Assembly: GCA_050178795.1 (NCBI GenBank)
Contig: JBFXFT010000003.1
Span: forward strand, 75,264-139,263
Reading direction: 5' to 3'
DNA: 64,000 bases
Source of the DNA: Spirochaetales bacterium
GTDB taxonomy: Bacteria > Bacillota > Clostridia > Christensenellales > UBA1242
Every line of letters starts with the position of its first letter. Within the stretch, counting starts at the first letter, position 1. The notes beneath the pieces are model-generated. The model saw only the letters and a program-made list of their open reading frames with translations, was not told the DNA's origin and did no database searches. Below, piece by piece: positions 7,101 through 16,213 of this stretch. The position numbers and the translations under genes were made by a program.

Positions 7101-9833
7101 TAAATCGCCAGGCATACTTAATTTGTCTGCATTTATTAAAGTGCTAGTATCGCTCAAGAAACCATCTTCCGCAATAGCACAAACACCAATGTCATAATTT
7201 CCACCGTCATATTCTGGCGCTGGCAATAGTAACGTGCTATTAATATGATAATATAGACCTGCTATTTTAACAGAGTAAGAATCTGCATAGTCAACAGCGT
7301 CCCAAGTTAACACACCGTTTTCAACCCTTAGGTTTGTAGGTGCCGTCAATTTTTCTCCGCTTAATTCTATTGTCTCTTCACTGTCTAAGTAAGTTGTTCC
7401 GTCCCCTACTGCATAAACTTTTACTGTGTGTATTCCTGCCGCATAACTTGCAGGCAAAACAAAGAAGTTATTCTCTGTTACATTGCTTATTTCATCGTCT
7501 ATTATTAATTGATAAGCTAGTGCGTTAGGTGACCTATCCCACATAACTTGTCCTTGATATATTCTATATGCACTTGGAGCAGAAAGTTTGCTGAAATTTA
7601 AAATTGCACTTTCAGATGTAGCTAGGTTGTAAGCATTATCGCCCCTTCCTTGTATTTTTACTGTGTAATCTCCATAAGCCAAACCGCTTAAATCATAATT
7701 TGATGAAAGAGATAAATCGTAAAGAGTGATATCGGTCTCACCTTCAGCAAGCCAAATCTCATAAGCGGTTACATATTGTACCGAATTCCACTTTAAAATT
7801 CCATTTTCTATTCTAAAATTCTCTATGTCTGATAGTTGATAAGCACTAATCTCGCTTGTAAAATCGCTGTTTAAATACTCTGCGCTGTCGCCCTTTGCAA
7901 GTGCCTTTATCAAATAAGTTGTGCCAGGGTTTCCATTTACGTGGTATGGTAAATCATCTGTTGTCAATTTTACTGTTTCGCCGTTTATGTTTAAAACATA
8001 TTCCGTAGCGTTTGCTACTGTACTTAGTTGTACATAACCGTTTTCTAGGCTTATTGTTGCTGGGGTTTCAAGTTTTGTTGCGGTAATTTCATCAGTATAG
8101 TCTGAACTTAAGTACCTATTATTGTCTCCAATACTTCTTAGTTTTATTTGATAAGTGCCTGCCGTAGCAGTAACTTTGTATGCATTCAAAATACCCGAAT
8201 TGTAACTTTGACCTCCAATTAAAACCTCATAACTAGAAGTTCCAAGTACACTGCTCCACCTCAACATACCTGCATCTACACGCAAGTTTGTAGGAGTTAC
8301 TAATTTTTGTACTGTCAACTCGCTACTGTATTCAGAGTAAATGTTGCCATCTGCCTCTGCTCTTATTGAAACAGCATACTCTTGTGTAGTTAAAATAGAG
8401 GCATCATCAAAATATGTGTCAGATGTTTCATATTCTGTATCGTTGAATTTTATTATGTACCTTGTAGCACCACTAACTGGCACCCATGTAAGTACACCAT
8501 TTGAAACCCCAAAACTTTGAATTGCATTTAATTTAGTAGCACTAATAGCATCGCTTTCATTTGAGTTCATAGAGGTTGTGCCATTGCCGTTTGCAACAAC
8601 CGCTATTGAGTAAACCCCTGCCAAATACTCCTCCCCTAATAGGTAGGATTGGTCTGAGCCAACTTGAATTAGGTTGCCATTTATTCTTAACGAATATGAT
8701 GTTGCACTAGTATTTTCATCCCAATAAACATATCCATCTTGTATTCTTAAATTTTGTGGCACTTCTAACTTAGTTGTTTCCAAATTTATTGTGTAAACGC
8801 TGTCAAGCAAAGTAGTACCGTTACCAGTTGCCTTTACGCTAAATTCGTAGTCCCCTGCTGGGTCACTTGTAGATAGCTTATAACTGGTAGTTGAAGAAGT
8901 GCGAATATTATTGTTGACTTTTACGCTGTAAGACAAAGCGTGCGTTACTGCCGACCAACTTACACCTGTTTGTTGATAGGTGAAGTTGTTTGGAGTTGCA
9001 AGCCTCTCTATGGTTTTAACTGCGCTATAAGCAGAAGGATAAGCATTTGAAACATTTGAAACTGCCCTTACTTTAACCGAATATACTTGAGCCACGCTCA
9101 AATCCAGTTGTAAAGAAGTCTCTATTGTGTTTGTTATTTGTCCGTTGACATAGACATCATAACTAGTTGCACCTGTAACTGCGGTCCAACTAATTATATC
9201 TTGGTTATTTTGTACTCCTGTAGGAACAGACATTAAAGTTGCCGTTATGGTGGCGCTATAAGCGGAAGTATATGCAAGCCTTCCATCGCCCATTGCTTTA
9301 ATTTTAAATGTTTGTTGAGTGTTAAATGTTGCAATAGTGTATTGTGGCAAAGTTACGGAATACGAATCTACGCCGTTTATATTTACATAATAACTTAGTG
9401 CGTCATCAACGGCATCCCATGTCAAAACCCCATCTGTAATTGCTAAATTTGTAGGCGCAGTAAGTTGTGTCGCCGTCGCTTGTACATTTACGTCAACATA
9501 TTCATATTTATCCGAACCATCTAGGCTTTTTACTCTTACCTTTGTGCTACCAGCAGCCACCGCTGTAATTTTACCTGTGTCACTTACTGTAGCTACCCTA
9601 TCATCAAAAACAGAGTACTCAACTACTCTATACTCGGCATTTACTGGAAGCACGGTTGTAACCAATTGAAATTGGTTTCCAATTACCAAATTCACTTCGT
9701 CAACATTTAAAACTATACTGCTAACCATAATGTGTTGTTCTGTAGGCGTGGTAGTATCTTCACCACAAGCAGCAACGAAAAACACAGAGACAAAAACTAA
9801 TATTAAAATATATAATTTTTTTAGTTTTAGCAT
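4146..9833 (-). CDS. giant surface lipoprotein: Big_2-like domain, about 17 Fn3-like modules, C-terminal GLUG-repeat region
   Basis: 1895-aa ORF with lipobox FFVAAC-G. An Ig-like Big_2 pattern spans residues about 36-115. About 17 divergent 85-90 aa modules have the consensus L-x-AP-x-NL-R-I-x-(N/D)G-x-L-x-W-x-x-V-x-x-A-x-x-Y ... G-x-Y-x-I-x-V-x-A-x-GD. The C-terminal 400 aa or so carries seven Y-A-G-G-I-A-G-Y-N type repeats (GLUG motif). Confidence 0.95.
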   Translation of the reverse strand: MLKLKKLYILILVFVSVFFVAACGEDTTTPTEQHIMVSSIVLNVDEVNLVIGNQFQLVTTVLPVNAEYRVVEYSVFDDRVATVSDTGKITAVAAGSTKVRVKSLDGSDKYEYVDVNVQATATQLTAPTNLAITDGVLTWDAVDDALSYYVNINGVDSYSVTLPQYTIATFNTQQTFKIKAMGDGRLAYTSAYSATITATLMSVPTGVQNNQDIISWTAVTGATSYDVYVNGQITNTIETSLQLDLSVAQVYSVKVRAVSNVSNAYPSAYSAVKTIERLATPNNFTYQQTGVSWSAVTHALSYSVKVNNNIRTSSTTSYKLSTSDPAGDYEFSVKATGNGTTLLDSVYTINLETTKLEVPQNLRIQDGYVYWDENTSATSYSLRINGNLIQVGSDQSYLLGEEYLAGVYSIAVVANGNGTTSMNSNESDAISATKLNAIQSFGVSNGVLTWVPVSGATRYIIKFNDTEYETSDTYFDDASILTTQEYAVSIRAEADGNIYSEYSSELTVQKLVTPTNLRVDAGMLRWSSVLGTSSYEVLIGGQSYNSGILNAYKVTATAGTYQIKLRSIGDNNRYLSSDYTDEITATKLETPATISLENGYVQLSTVANATEYVLNINGETVKLTTDDLPYHVNGNPGTTYLIKALAKGDSAEYLNSDFTSEISAYQLSDIENFRIENGILKWNSVQYVTAYEIWLAEGETDITLYDLSLSSNYDLSGLAYGDYTVKIQGRGDNAYNLATSESAILNFSKLSAPSAYRIYQGQVMWDRSPNALAYQLIIDDEISNVTENNFFVLPASYAAGIHTVKVYAVGDGTTYLDSEETIELSGEKLTAPTNLRVENGVLTWDAVDYADSYSVKIAGLYYHINSTLLLPAPEYDGGNYDIGVCAIAEDGFLSDTSTLINADKLSMPGDLRIENGIIRWNSVLNGTGYSLTINGTTLPDTTNVTYTLANFATYGAGVFEASIYALGDSVNKINSDKSNVLTIYVLNYPSNRRVEGGLIAWNSVYGAQSYELLITDSLDNETTINVGDVTNFILPDSYPSGDYNIRVKSIGNGAEYITSEYSSALLVTRLDAPTNLHVTNGIIYFNSATNATGYEVIANGSYVPTGISLSCELGTDFEYGDYELAVRSMGDDTIYVTSAASSTISATKLEPIANFRIENGVFKWTANNNASAYLLIVGANTINVGLTTSYALPDTYPSNSYYVSIKARGTSTYLTSSASNILSVYKMDPVTYFRVEDGILKWTRAAGAMGDVNGYTIYISNATVNFQATLPSGTSSYTIGNDFAADTYSIYLQTNGNSTYNLNSVKVGADASGSSPLVVTKLATPTNISLTKDETNQYYINWDAVANTQLYELNISGHNADGDSISIVETIDVTNASEYPYPINETITEGEYVVTVKALGTVLYESGSIYANSNSSAQFNLTRPTTPTNVQMANGKATWDASDFADSYELVIVLDNDIENPIIVTVTNNYYYLTELGTYSITVTAYCSGSLPSIASGTSAEAYLFNLFQSGNGSEEYPFVIINSTQLRNVRFNPTAHYSLEADITLNATVDFEPIGTLNEPFIGSFEGNEHYIYNMTIDGTNYTYSGMFGYVGSGAGVYDLYLENVNIDNVSTYVGAIAGYSQGTIQNVTVSGSITPELTESERLYAGGIVGWNDGGTIRFAYSSADVAPTNDQNTVYAGGIAGYNNGLINRSGSEAGVTVSGNYAGGIAGYNDGNITESYNKSAILARSIDADVSAPGYAGGIAGYNYNTDTKFTGTIMNSYNWGNVETTSDNAYAAYAGGIAGYNKYSSASLYGLINNCYSTGTIKTTLTGGAVGVAATYSGGVAGYNIAANGITYSYYLSGSAYVLANNMGGTNSFVELESYMISYNFVSLLNSYSGGTDLWVASGTYPILS

Positions 9834-9868
9834 AATACACCCCTACAAGTTGACATAATATTTATATT

Positions 9869-9897
9869 ATTCTAACACTTAAATTTTTTTTTATCAA
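9869..9897 (-). promoter_or_regulatory. sigma70-like promoter for the giant lipoprotein gene
   Basis: On the minus strand it reads TTGATA-17 nt-TAGAAT. An AGGGGTG Shine-Dalgarno follows, ahead of the ATG at 9833. Confidence 0.5.
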
Positions 9898-9994
9898 ACC
9901 ATTTGCGGCATAATAGACTAATATATATATTATTATAGGGTGCTAACTTGCTTTTACATTAATGGCTTAGTTTTGTTTAAAAAGGTGCTATTAA

Positions 9995-10023
9995 TTGCGA
10001 AAATGAGTTAAATATTGTATAAT
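9995..10023 (+). promoter_or_regulatory. sigma70-like promoter for mscL
   Basis: TTGCGA-17 nt-TATAAT with TG immediately upstream of the -10 (extended -10). Confidence 0.55.
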
Positions 10024-10056
10024 TGGCATATAAAAATTAAATAATTGGAGAAAAAA

Positions 10057-10575
10057 ATGAAAAAGAAAAAGAAAACCGTTCTTGAAAAGGGCGTAGACAA
10101 TGTGGGAAATTTTATGCAGGATTTTAAAAAATTTGCATTCAAAAAAAACATAATGGACTTGGCGGTAGCGGTAGTCGTAGGTGGCGCTTTTGGTAAAATT
10201 GTAACTAGCCTCGTAGACGACATAATAACGCCACTTTTAAGTATGCTACTAGGAACGGTTAGTTTTGCTGACCTAAAAATTGTAATAACGCCAGCGACAG
10301 AAACCGTCGCAGAAGTGGCAATAAATTATGGCTCATTTTTGCAAAGTATGATTGACTTTTTAATAATTGCCTTCTTTATTTTTATAGCAATAAAAATAAT
10401 CAATAAGGGTCAGGCTGCACTTGAAAAAGCGGTAGATAAAATTGACGGAATTGAAGGAAATTTAAAACCAGCACCACAAGAGGCACCTCTTACAAAAGAC
10501 CAACAATTGCTTACACAAATTGTGGAATTATTAGAAAAACAAGCCCCTCAAAAAGACGAACAGAAAAAACAATAA
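10057..10575 (+). CDS. mscL: large-conductance mechanosensitive channel
   Basis: FKKFAFKKNIMDLAVAVVVGGAFGKIVTSLVDDIITPLL is the MscL TM1 signature. The ORF track starts at a TTG (10045), but the ATG at 10057 sits 6 nt after a GGAG. Confidence 0.9.
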   Translation: MKKKKKTVLEKGVDNVGNFMQDFKKFAFKKNIMDLAVAVVVGGAFGKIVTSLVDDIITPLLSMLLGTVSFADLKIVITPATETVAEVAINYGSFLQSMIDFLIIAFFIFIAIKIINKGQAALEKAVDKIDGIEGNLKPAPQEAPLTKDQQLLTQIVELLEKQAPQKDEQKKQ

Positions 10576-10652
10576 GCAATTTAAAATTTACTATTGAATT
10601 TTTCATTTGAGAGTGATAAAATAAAGGCATAAATTAAGTAAGGGGAATTAAT

Positions 10653-11315
10653 ATGGAAAAAACAGCTTATTTACAAAACGAGATTGACTTAATAAAAAAT
10701 GAAAGAATAAAAGACTTTTTAATTGGAGCAATAAACGATGTACCTGACTACTTTTTTAAAGCGCCAGCATCAAGCAGTGGAAAGTTTCACCCACAATACG
10801 CACTAGGAGAAGGCGGGCTTTTAAGACATACAAAAGCGGCAACAAAATTTTTAAACCATCTTCTAACAATGGAACACAATAGAGTACACTTCACAGAGGA
10901 CGAAAGAGACCTTGCACTATGTGCCATAATCTTGCACGATACAAGAAAATCTGGCGACACCTGCGAAAAAACAGTTGAAGCAGTAGACTCAACAACAAAA
11001 GAAGTTTATGAAAGCAAAACCCTTCCAAATCACCCAAAACTTGCAGCACTTGCAATAGTTGCAAACACAGACAATTACAAAAAACTTACTCACAAAGAAG
11101 GCTCTTTTATGTTAAAAGGCATACTTTCACACATGGGCGAATGGAATACAGACAGAAACAACAATAATAAAGTTATTTTACCAAAGCCAACTTCACTTTT
11201 ACAACAACTAGTACATACAGCAGACTTCCTTGCAAGCAGAAAAGACCTTTCAGTTGACCTAAGTAACGACAAAATGGCATATCCTCAAACTGAAGAGGTT
11301 GAACCAACAAAATAA
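10653..11315 (+). CDS. HD-domain phosphohydrolase
   Basis: LLRHTKAA ... CAIILHDTRK ... SHMGEW ... HTADFLASR matches the H...HD...H...D metal-binding pattern. Confidence 0.75.
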   Translation: MEKTAYLQNEIDLIKNERIKDFLIGAINDVPDYFFKAPASSSGKFHPQYALGEGGLLRHTKAATKFLNHLLTMEHNRVHFTEDERDLALCAIILHDTRKSGDTCEKTVEAVDSTTKEVYESKTLPNHPKLAALAIVANTDNYKKLTHKEGSFMLKGILSHMGEWNTDRNNNNKVILPKPTSLLQQLVHTADFLASRKDLSVDLSNDKMAYPQTEEVEPTK

Positions 11316-11330
11316 TCTAATTAAACAACA

Positions 11331-11359
11331 AAAAAACGGCTTAATTTTAGCCGTTTTTT
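11331..11359. terminator. bidirectional rho-independent terminator
   Basis: aaaaaacggct-taatttt-agccgtttttt, between convergent genes. Confidence 0.7.
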
Positions 11360-11377
11360 ATTTGCTTTTAACAAAAT

Positions 11378-11833
11378 TTAATTTAAAGCCTTTAAAATAT
11401 CTTCTGCATTTGTATCAGGATTTGCTTTTTTAAACACTTTAATAATTGTGCCTTTTTCATCCACCACAAAAGTACACCTGGTTACCCCTAAAACAGATTT
11501 TCCGTAAAGTTTTTTCTCTCCCCATGCACCATAAGCCTTCATAGTTTCAAGCGTTGGGTCAGAGAGTAAAATAAATGGCAAATTGTATTTGCTCGCAAAA
11601 TTTTTATGTGAACTTTCACTATCTTTACTTATGCCAATAACTGTAATTTTTCTGTTTTCAAACTCAGAATAGTTATCTCTAAAGGCACAAGCCTGTCTAG
11701 TACAACCAGGAGTATTGTCTTTTGGGTAGAAGTAAACAACAACTTTTTTGCCTAAAAAGTCTGATAGCTTAAAAGCCTTGCCATCTTTGTCATTTAAATC
11801 AAAATCTGGCGCTTTAGTTCCTACTTCTAACAT
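11378..11833 (-). CDS. bcp: thiol peroxidase / peroxiredoxin Bcp (PrxQ type)
   Basis: VVVYFYPKDNTPGCTRQACAFRD is the peroxidatic and resolving Cys motif of Bcp. Confidence 0.9.
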   Translation of the reverse strand: MLEVGTKAPDFDLNDKDGKAFKLSDFLGKKVVVYFYPKDNTPGCTRQACAFRDNYSEFENRKITVIGISKDSESSHKNFASKYNLPFILLSDPTLETMKAYGAWGEKKLYGKSVLGVTRCTFVVDEKGTIIKVFKKANPDTNAEDILKALN

Positions 11834-11932
11834 AATGTATCTTCCTTTATATCTCTATATATTAATTATATATTAATAACTATTTAAAAAGCAAATAAAA
11901 ACACATAACAAATTAAACTATGTGTTTTTTAT

Positions 11933-13498
11933 CTATAATTTTTGCCAAAGAGTTTTGCCTTTGGTAAATAATAATCTAATAATTACCACCAAAAGAACTA
12001 TAAATAAAGTTGCACCAATAATGGCTAAAACCTCTATTGGCAAACTTGGGAAAATAAAGTATAGTGCGCCAAGTAGTATTAATAAGGCAAAGCCACATAG
12101 CATTGTAACTACTGTACTCATACCATTTTTGACTACTGAAACCTCATCACTCCATTCTAGTTTTGGCAACATTAAGTTGATAAGTACCCCACCAAAAGAT
12201 ATTATTGCACTTGCAAGTAGCGGAATTAGCGCAAATAGCACGGCTTGCAATATTGTAAATTGCAAAGCAATGGAAAGCACTATTGAACCAACAGCAACAA
12301 ACGGAGCCGTAGCAAGAAGGTTTGGTGCCGCCTTAGACAAAAATATGTCCTTTTCTGCCACAGGTATTGATTTTAGCACCCACAAATTTTTGCCCTCTAA
12401 CGATATCGTGCTAGGGCTAATCATTGTTAAAAATACAAAGCTTGTATACATAAGCGTCAAGACACCAAATATTATTTCGGTAGGAATTGTGATGCCTATT
12501 AAAGCGCTAAGCCCAGCGGAACCTTTAATTAAAACAAACACCGTTAAAATTACAATAAATATTGGTCCAATTATGGTGTTTAAAATGTAAATTGGCGTTA
12601 AAACATATCGCTTTAATTCCTTTTTTATAAGGCTAGATAGAGCGCTAGTTTTATTTTTGTAAATAAGTTCTGTGTTAGTGTTTGTATAACCAACAAAGGT
12701 CTTTCCAAAGTTTTCAGAGTAGAGTTTTACGCCCAGTGCTGCTGGCAAAATTGTAATTATAAGAATTTTTATAAAGTCTATAATGTTACCAGCCAAAACA
12801 AAGTTAATGAACCAATTTACTGGAGGAAATTGGTTTATAAAAGCGTCAATATCTGCTGGATTTAACGTCCCATAATTGGGCATTGAAACTGCAAAAAGTG
12901 CTAAGGTACAAAAAAAGGCAAAAATTGCAATAAGTGATTTTAGTAGTGCGGCATATTTGCTTCTATTAAATATTCTAGTTACTACAAAGGTAAGTATATG
13001 TTCTAGACCCATAGCAAATAAGGGAACTAATAATGCCGACGCTAGCCCAAATAACAAAATAGGGACTGAAAAACCATCATAAATTAAATACCAAATGACA
13101 TAAGGTAAAAATAATAATATCATAAAAAATGCGTCAAAAAGATAAGTAGAAACAACCTTAGAAATTGCTATTGTAGATTTTTTAATTGGCAACGACAGCA
13201 ATAAGTCTGCGTCTGTCGCCGTGCGTGCAGAGGTCGTTTTCATAACAGAAATAAGCGTCAATGTAACAAGTGAAATTAACACGCCATTAAATAGTGCTAT
13301 TTTAGAAAGTCCTAAAGGCGAAAGTCCAACATATTGAGAGTACGCTTGAAACAAAGATAGCACAAAAAAGCCAAGCCCCATAAGTACAACAAGCCCAATC
13401 ATAACTGTCATCTTTTTTCGTTCTTTTTTGCCCTGCAATGAGCCAATTAGAATATTAAAATTGTTTTTCATCAATATTTTAAAATTATTCATTGTCAC
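11933..13498 (-). CDS. ABC exporter permease (multi-TM, about 520 aa 'putative ABC exporter' type)
   Basis: 521 aa with many hydrophobic segments. It overlaps the upstream ATPase gene by 14 nt. Confidence 0.8.
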   Translation of the reverse strand: MTMNNFKILMKNNFNILIGSLQGKKERKKMTVMIGLVVLMGLGFFVLSLFQAYSQYVGLSPLGLSKIALFNGVLISLVTLTLISVMKTTSARTATDADLLLSLPIKKSTIAISKVVSTYLFDAFFMILLFLPYVIWYLIYDGFSVPILLFGLASALLVPLFAMGLEHILTFVVTRIFNRSKYAALLKSLIAIFAFFCTLALFAVSMPNYGTLNPADIDAFINQFPPVNWFINFVLAGNIIDFIKILIITILPAALGVKLYSENFGKTFVGYTNTNTELIYKNKTSALSSLIKKELKRYVLTPIYILNTIIGPIFIVILTVFVLIKGSAGLSALIGITIPTEIIFGVLTLMYTSFVFLTMISPSTISLEGKNLWVLKSIPVAEKDIFLSKAAPNLLATAPFVAVGSIVLSIALQFTILQAVLFALIPLLASAIISFGGVLINLMLPKLEWSDEVSVVKNGMSTVVTMLCGFALLILLGALYFIFPSLPIEVLAIIGATLFIVLLVVIIRLLFTKGKTLWQKL

Positions 13499-14195
13499 TC
13501 TCCAAGAAGGCTTGCTCTAATGATGAGTTTTTCTTAACTTGTTCCATTGTTCCATCGGCAATAATTACGCCATTTTTTATTATTGCAACTTTGTTGCAAA
13601 GTTTTTCTGCCACCTCTAAAACGTGGGTGGAGAAGAATATGGCTCCGCCATCTTTAACAAAGTCTTTCATTAAATTTTTTAGGCTAAAACTAGCCTTTGG
13701 ATCAAGCCCAACAAACGGCTCGTCTAAAACTAAAATTTTAGGGCTATGTACAAGTGCAGATATTAAAACAATCTTTTGCCTCATACCATGCGAATATGTT
13801 GAAATTGGTGCGTTTAATACGCTTTTAATTTCAAACAAAGTAGCATATTTATCTACAAGCGCCTCTCTTTCTTCCTTTGATACGCCGTAAACATCAGCAA
13901 TTAAATTAATAAATTGTATGCCAGTAAGTGAAGCATAAACGTCCGGATTGTCTGGTATATAAGCCATTATTTTTTTTGCTTCAAGTGGAGCCTCTTTCAT
14001 AGATATTCCGTCAACAAAAATGTCTCCGCTAGTCATATTATGAATGCCAACAATGCTCTTTATCGTTGTTGTTTTTCCTGCACCATTTTCGCCAATAAAG
14101 GCAAAAATATCGCCCTTTTCAACGACTAAATTAATGTCTTTTGCACCGACTTTTCCATTTTCATAAATCTTTGTGTAGTTTTGTAATTTTAACAT
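13485..14195 (-). CDS. ABC transporter ATP-binding protein
   Basis: Walker A GENGAGKTT, signature YSHGMRQK, Walker B ILVLDEP. Confidence 0.92.
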   Translation of the reverse strand: MLKLQNYTKIYENGKVGAKDINLVVEKGDIFAFIGENGAGKTTTIKSIVGIHNMTSGDIFVDGISMKEAPLEAKKIMAYIPDNPDVYASLTGIQFINLIADVYGVSKEEREALVDKYATLFEIKSVLNAPISTYSHGMRQKIVLISALVHSPKILVLDEPFVGLDPKASFSLKNLMKDFVKDGGAIFFSTHVLEVAEKLCNKVAIIKNGVIIADGTMEQVKKNSSLEQAFLESDNE

Positions 14196-14213
14196 AAATA
14201 TATCTCCTAAATT

Positions 14214-14948
14214 TTAACTCAAATAAACCGAGTATTCGTAAGTATAATGATTGCCTTGCCTATAATAATTTAATATTAACTGAGTGCTTGAAACCTCATA
14301 CTCATAAACTTGTATACTACTTGTATTTGAATTAAACATCATAAATAATAAATTTCCAACAACGCTGTAAGTTCCTTCATTTTGATAATCCACCCCATCT
14401 TCGGTCGTGTATATATTAAAAATGTTATCAGTGTCCAAAATTAAAAGTTGGTAATAATCTGGCGCGTCAACAACAACTTCGCCATTTATGGTTGAAGTGT
14501 CAAACTCATAATAGTTTATTATGTTTGAAAGTGTCATAGGGTCAGAATCAACACCAAAAACATAAGTCTCTTGCTCGTCAGTTGTTTGTAGGGTTAATAC
14601 ATTTTCCACAAAACTGTAGTTATATACCTCAGACCATTCTGGGTCTTGGTCGCTATACATTGTGACTGTGTCTTCGGTTGCCTCAAAGTCTCCAGTGACA
14701 GCATAATAGTCTCCATTATCAAAACTTGTAATGCTGTGAGTGCCATCTGCACTAAGTTCAATGACTTGATAAAAGCCCCACAAATCAGTTGCTTCATAAC
14801 CAGCAACACTAATGTCTGTTAAATAATATGTATTTGCAAGGGCAGATACATACTCGCTATTATCTGTTTTTGTGGTACATCCGCTAAAGCCAGTAACAAT
14901 TAAAGTTAACATAGCCAAGTAACTTAAATTTTTAAAAATGTTTTTCAT
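14214..14948 (-). CDS. lipoprotein, unknown function
   Basis: Signal peptide with lipobox LIVTGFSGC. The protein is acidic and Tyr-rich, with a G-T-Y-x-V-x-G-x-L motif shared with the next lipoprotein. Confidence 0.8.
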   Translation of the reverse strand: MKNIFKNLSYLAMLTLIVTGFSGCTTKTDNSEYVSALANTYYLTDISVAGYEATDLWGFYQVIELSADGTHSITSFDNGDYYAVTGDFEATEDTVTMYSDQDPEWSEVYNYSFVENVLTLQTTDEQETYVFGVDSDPMTLSNIINYYEFDTSTINGEVVVDAPDYYQLLILDTDNIFNIYTTEDGVDYQNEGTYSVVGNLLFMMFNSNTSSIQVYEYEVSSTQLILNYYRQGNHYTYEYSVYLS

Positions 14949-15040
14949 AAAGTCCCCCTGTGAATTAATAAAGTAATTATACTATTTATTTTCCTCTATT
15001 GACAACCAATTGCCAATAAAATACAACTATTTGCATTAAA

Positions 15041-15066
15041 AAAGCTGGTTAAATTAAACCAGCTTT
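15041..15066 (-). terminator. rho-independent terminator
   Basis: aaagctggtt-aaatta-aaccagcttt, a perfect 10-bp stem followed by Ts. Confidence 0.65.
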
Positions 15067-15077
15067 TTATCATTATG

Positions 15078-16079
15078 TTAACCTATATAATCAAACTCAA
15101 ATGTGCGATATTCATAAACCGAACCGTCGGCAACCCTTTTTCTAAAATACATACGCGCTTCTTCTACTCCTGCCTGTGTTTCAAACTCAATTTCATAAAT
15201 TTCAAAAACATTTCCAGGTTCACTTAAAATAATTGAAGTGCCTAAAACCTCGTAGGTTCCTGTCTTTACTTGTTGTACTCCTTCAACGTAATAACTCCAG
15301 TTAAAGGTTCCTTCAATATTCATTGCGAATACCTCTGGCTCCTCTGCGTTTATAACTACTAACGCTTCATCTTCATAGGCTTCCATTAAAGTATATGTGT
15401 GTTCTGTTCTAAATGGAGTTGCTGGCCAAGGAATGAATGTGTTATAAATTGTTAAATCATCTAACCCAACTGTTTCGTAATAAAGATAATCAATTTCTCC
15501 AGCTGAAGTATTTAATGTGTAGTAACATTTTATCTCACTCTCGCCAGAGTCAAATGTAACATCACAGCCGTTATCGTTTTTGTATATGCCTGTTTCAATG
15601 CTTGTCCATACACCTGTTTCAGCAGTAAAACTTTCAACTAGATAACTGTTGTCACTATTTAAAGTATATCTCCTCACCTCTTGACTTGGATTAAATAAGT
15701 CTGTTCCATCTCTCATAGGTTGTTGTAAATAGTAAACACCCTCTAAGTGTGCTTGGTCTTCAAGTAAAAAGTAGGCTACAACATTTATATTGTCGTCCGC
15801 AATAAAAGTATAGGTTGCATCTGTGCTAACTATTTGACTAGATTTTATCCAGTGCCAAAAAACATAGCCTGCTTCTGGTGTTGCAATAGCCGTTACTGTT
15901 GTACCCTCTTCATAAAGCGCACCCCCTGTTACATTGCCACCAACACTACCAGCAACTGTTATTGCGTAAACTTCACCCTCAGTGTCTGTATGCGTTCCAA
16001 ATAGGTCACAGCCTGAAAACAAAAAAGCGGAAAAACCAACAAACAGCAATACCGCAAGTGCTTTTAAACTCTTTTTCAT
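15078..16079 (-). CDS. lipoprotein with N-terminal InlB-B-repeat-like module
   Basis: The start is set at MKKSLKAL (GGGGGT Shine-Dalgarno), with lipobox LFSGC. It has the module AITVAGSVGGNVTGGALYEEGTTVTAIATPEAGYVFWHW...TYTF...NINVVAYF. Confidence 0.8.
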   Translation of the reverse strand: MKKSLKALAVLLFVGFSAFLFSGCDLFGTHTDTEGEVYAITVAGSVGGNVTGGALYEEGTTVTAIATPEAGYVFWHWIKSSQIVSTDATYTFIADDNINVVAYFLLEDQAHLEGVYYLQQPMRDGTDLFNPSQEVRRYTLNSDNSYLVESFTAETGVWTSIETGIYKNDNGCDVTFDSGESEIKCYYTLNTSAGEIDYLYYETVGLDDLTIYNTFIPWPATPFRTEHTYTLMEAYEDEALVVINAEEPEVFAMNIEGTFNWSYYVEGVQQVKTGTYEVLGTSIILSEPGNVFEIYEIEFETQAGVEEARMYFRKRVADGSVYEYRTFEFDYIG

Positions 16080-16213
16080 ATTTTTACCCCCAATATTGAT
16101 AATGATAGTATACAGCAAAATAATACAAAGTCAAAATTATTTAAATATTATACTACAATTAATTTGTTTGACTTTTTTAGTGCAATATTCTATCTTATTT
16201 AAGAGGTTTAGTT

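Noticed and set aside
4202-7528. Several 60-118 aa plus-strand ORFs inside the giant lipoprotein gene (4202-4558, 7006-7197, 7340-7528)
   Set aside because: They are antisense to a continuous 1895-codon ORF with coherent domain structure. There is no independent support.
5364-9476. Periodic repeat of about 260 bp that could be mistaken for a repeat array or CRISPR-like structure
   Set aside because: The periodicity exists at protein-module level only (Fn3-like units in one long ORF). The units are diverged at DNA level, there are no short identical direct repeats with unique spacers, and there are no cas genes.
11922-12590. 222-aa ORF on the plus strand
   Set aside because: It is entirely antisense to the well-supported ABC permease gene (11933-13498). 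It has no Shine-Dalgarno and a low-complexity, Ile/Lys/Thr-rich composition. It is a typical shadow ORF of an AT-rich membrane-protein gene.
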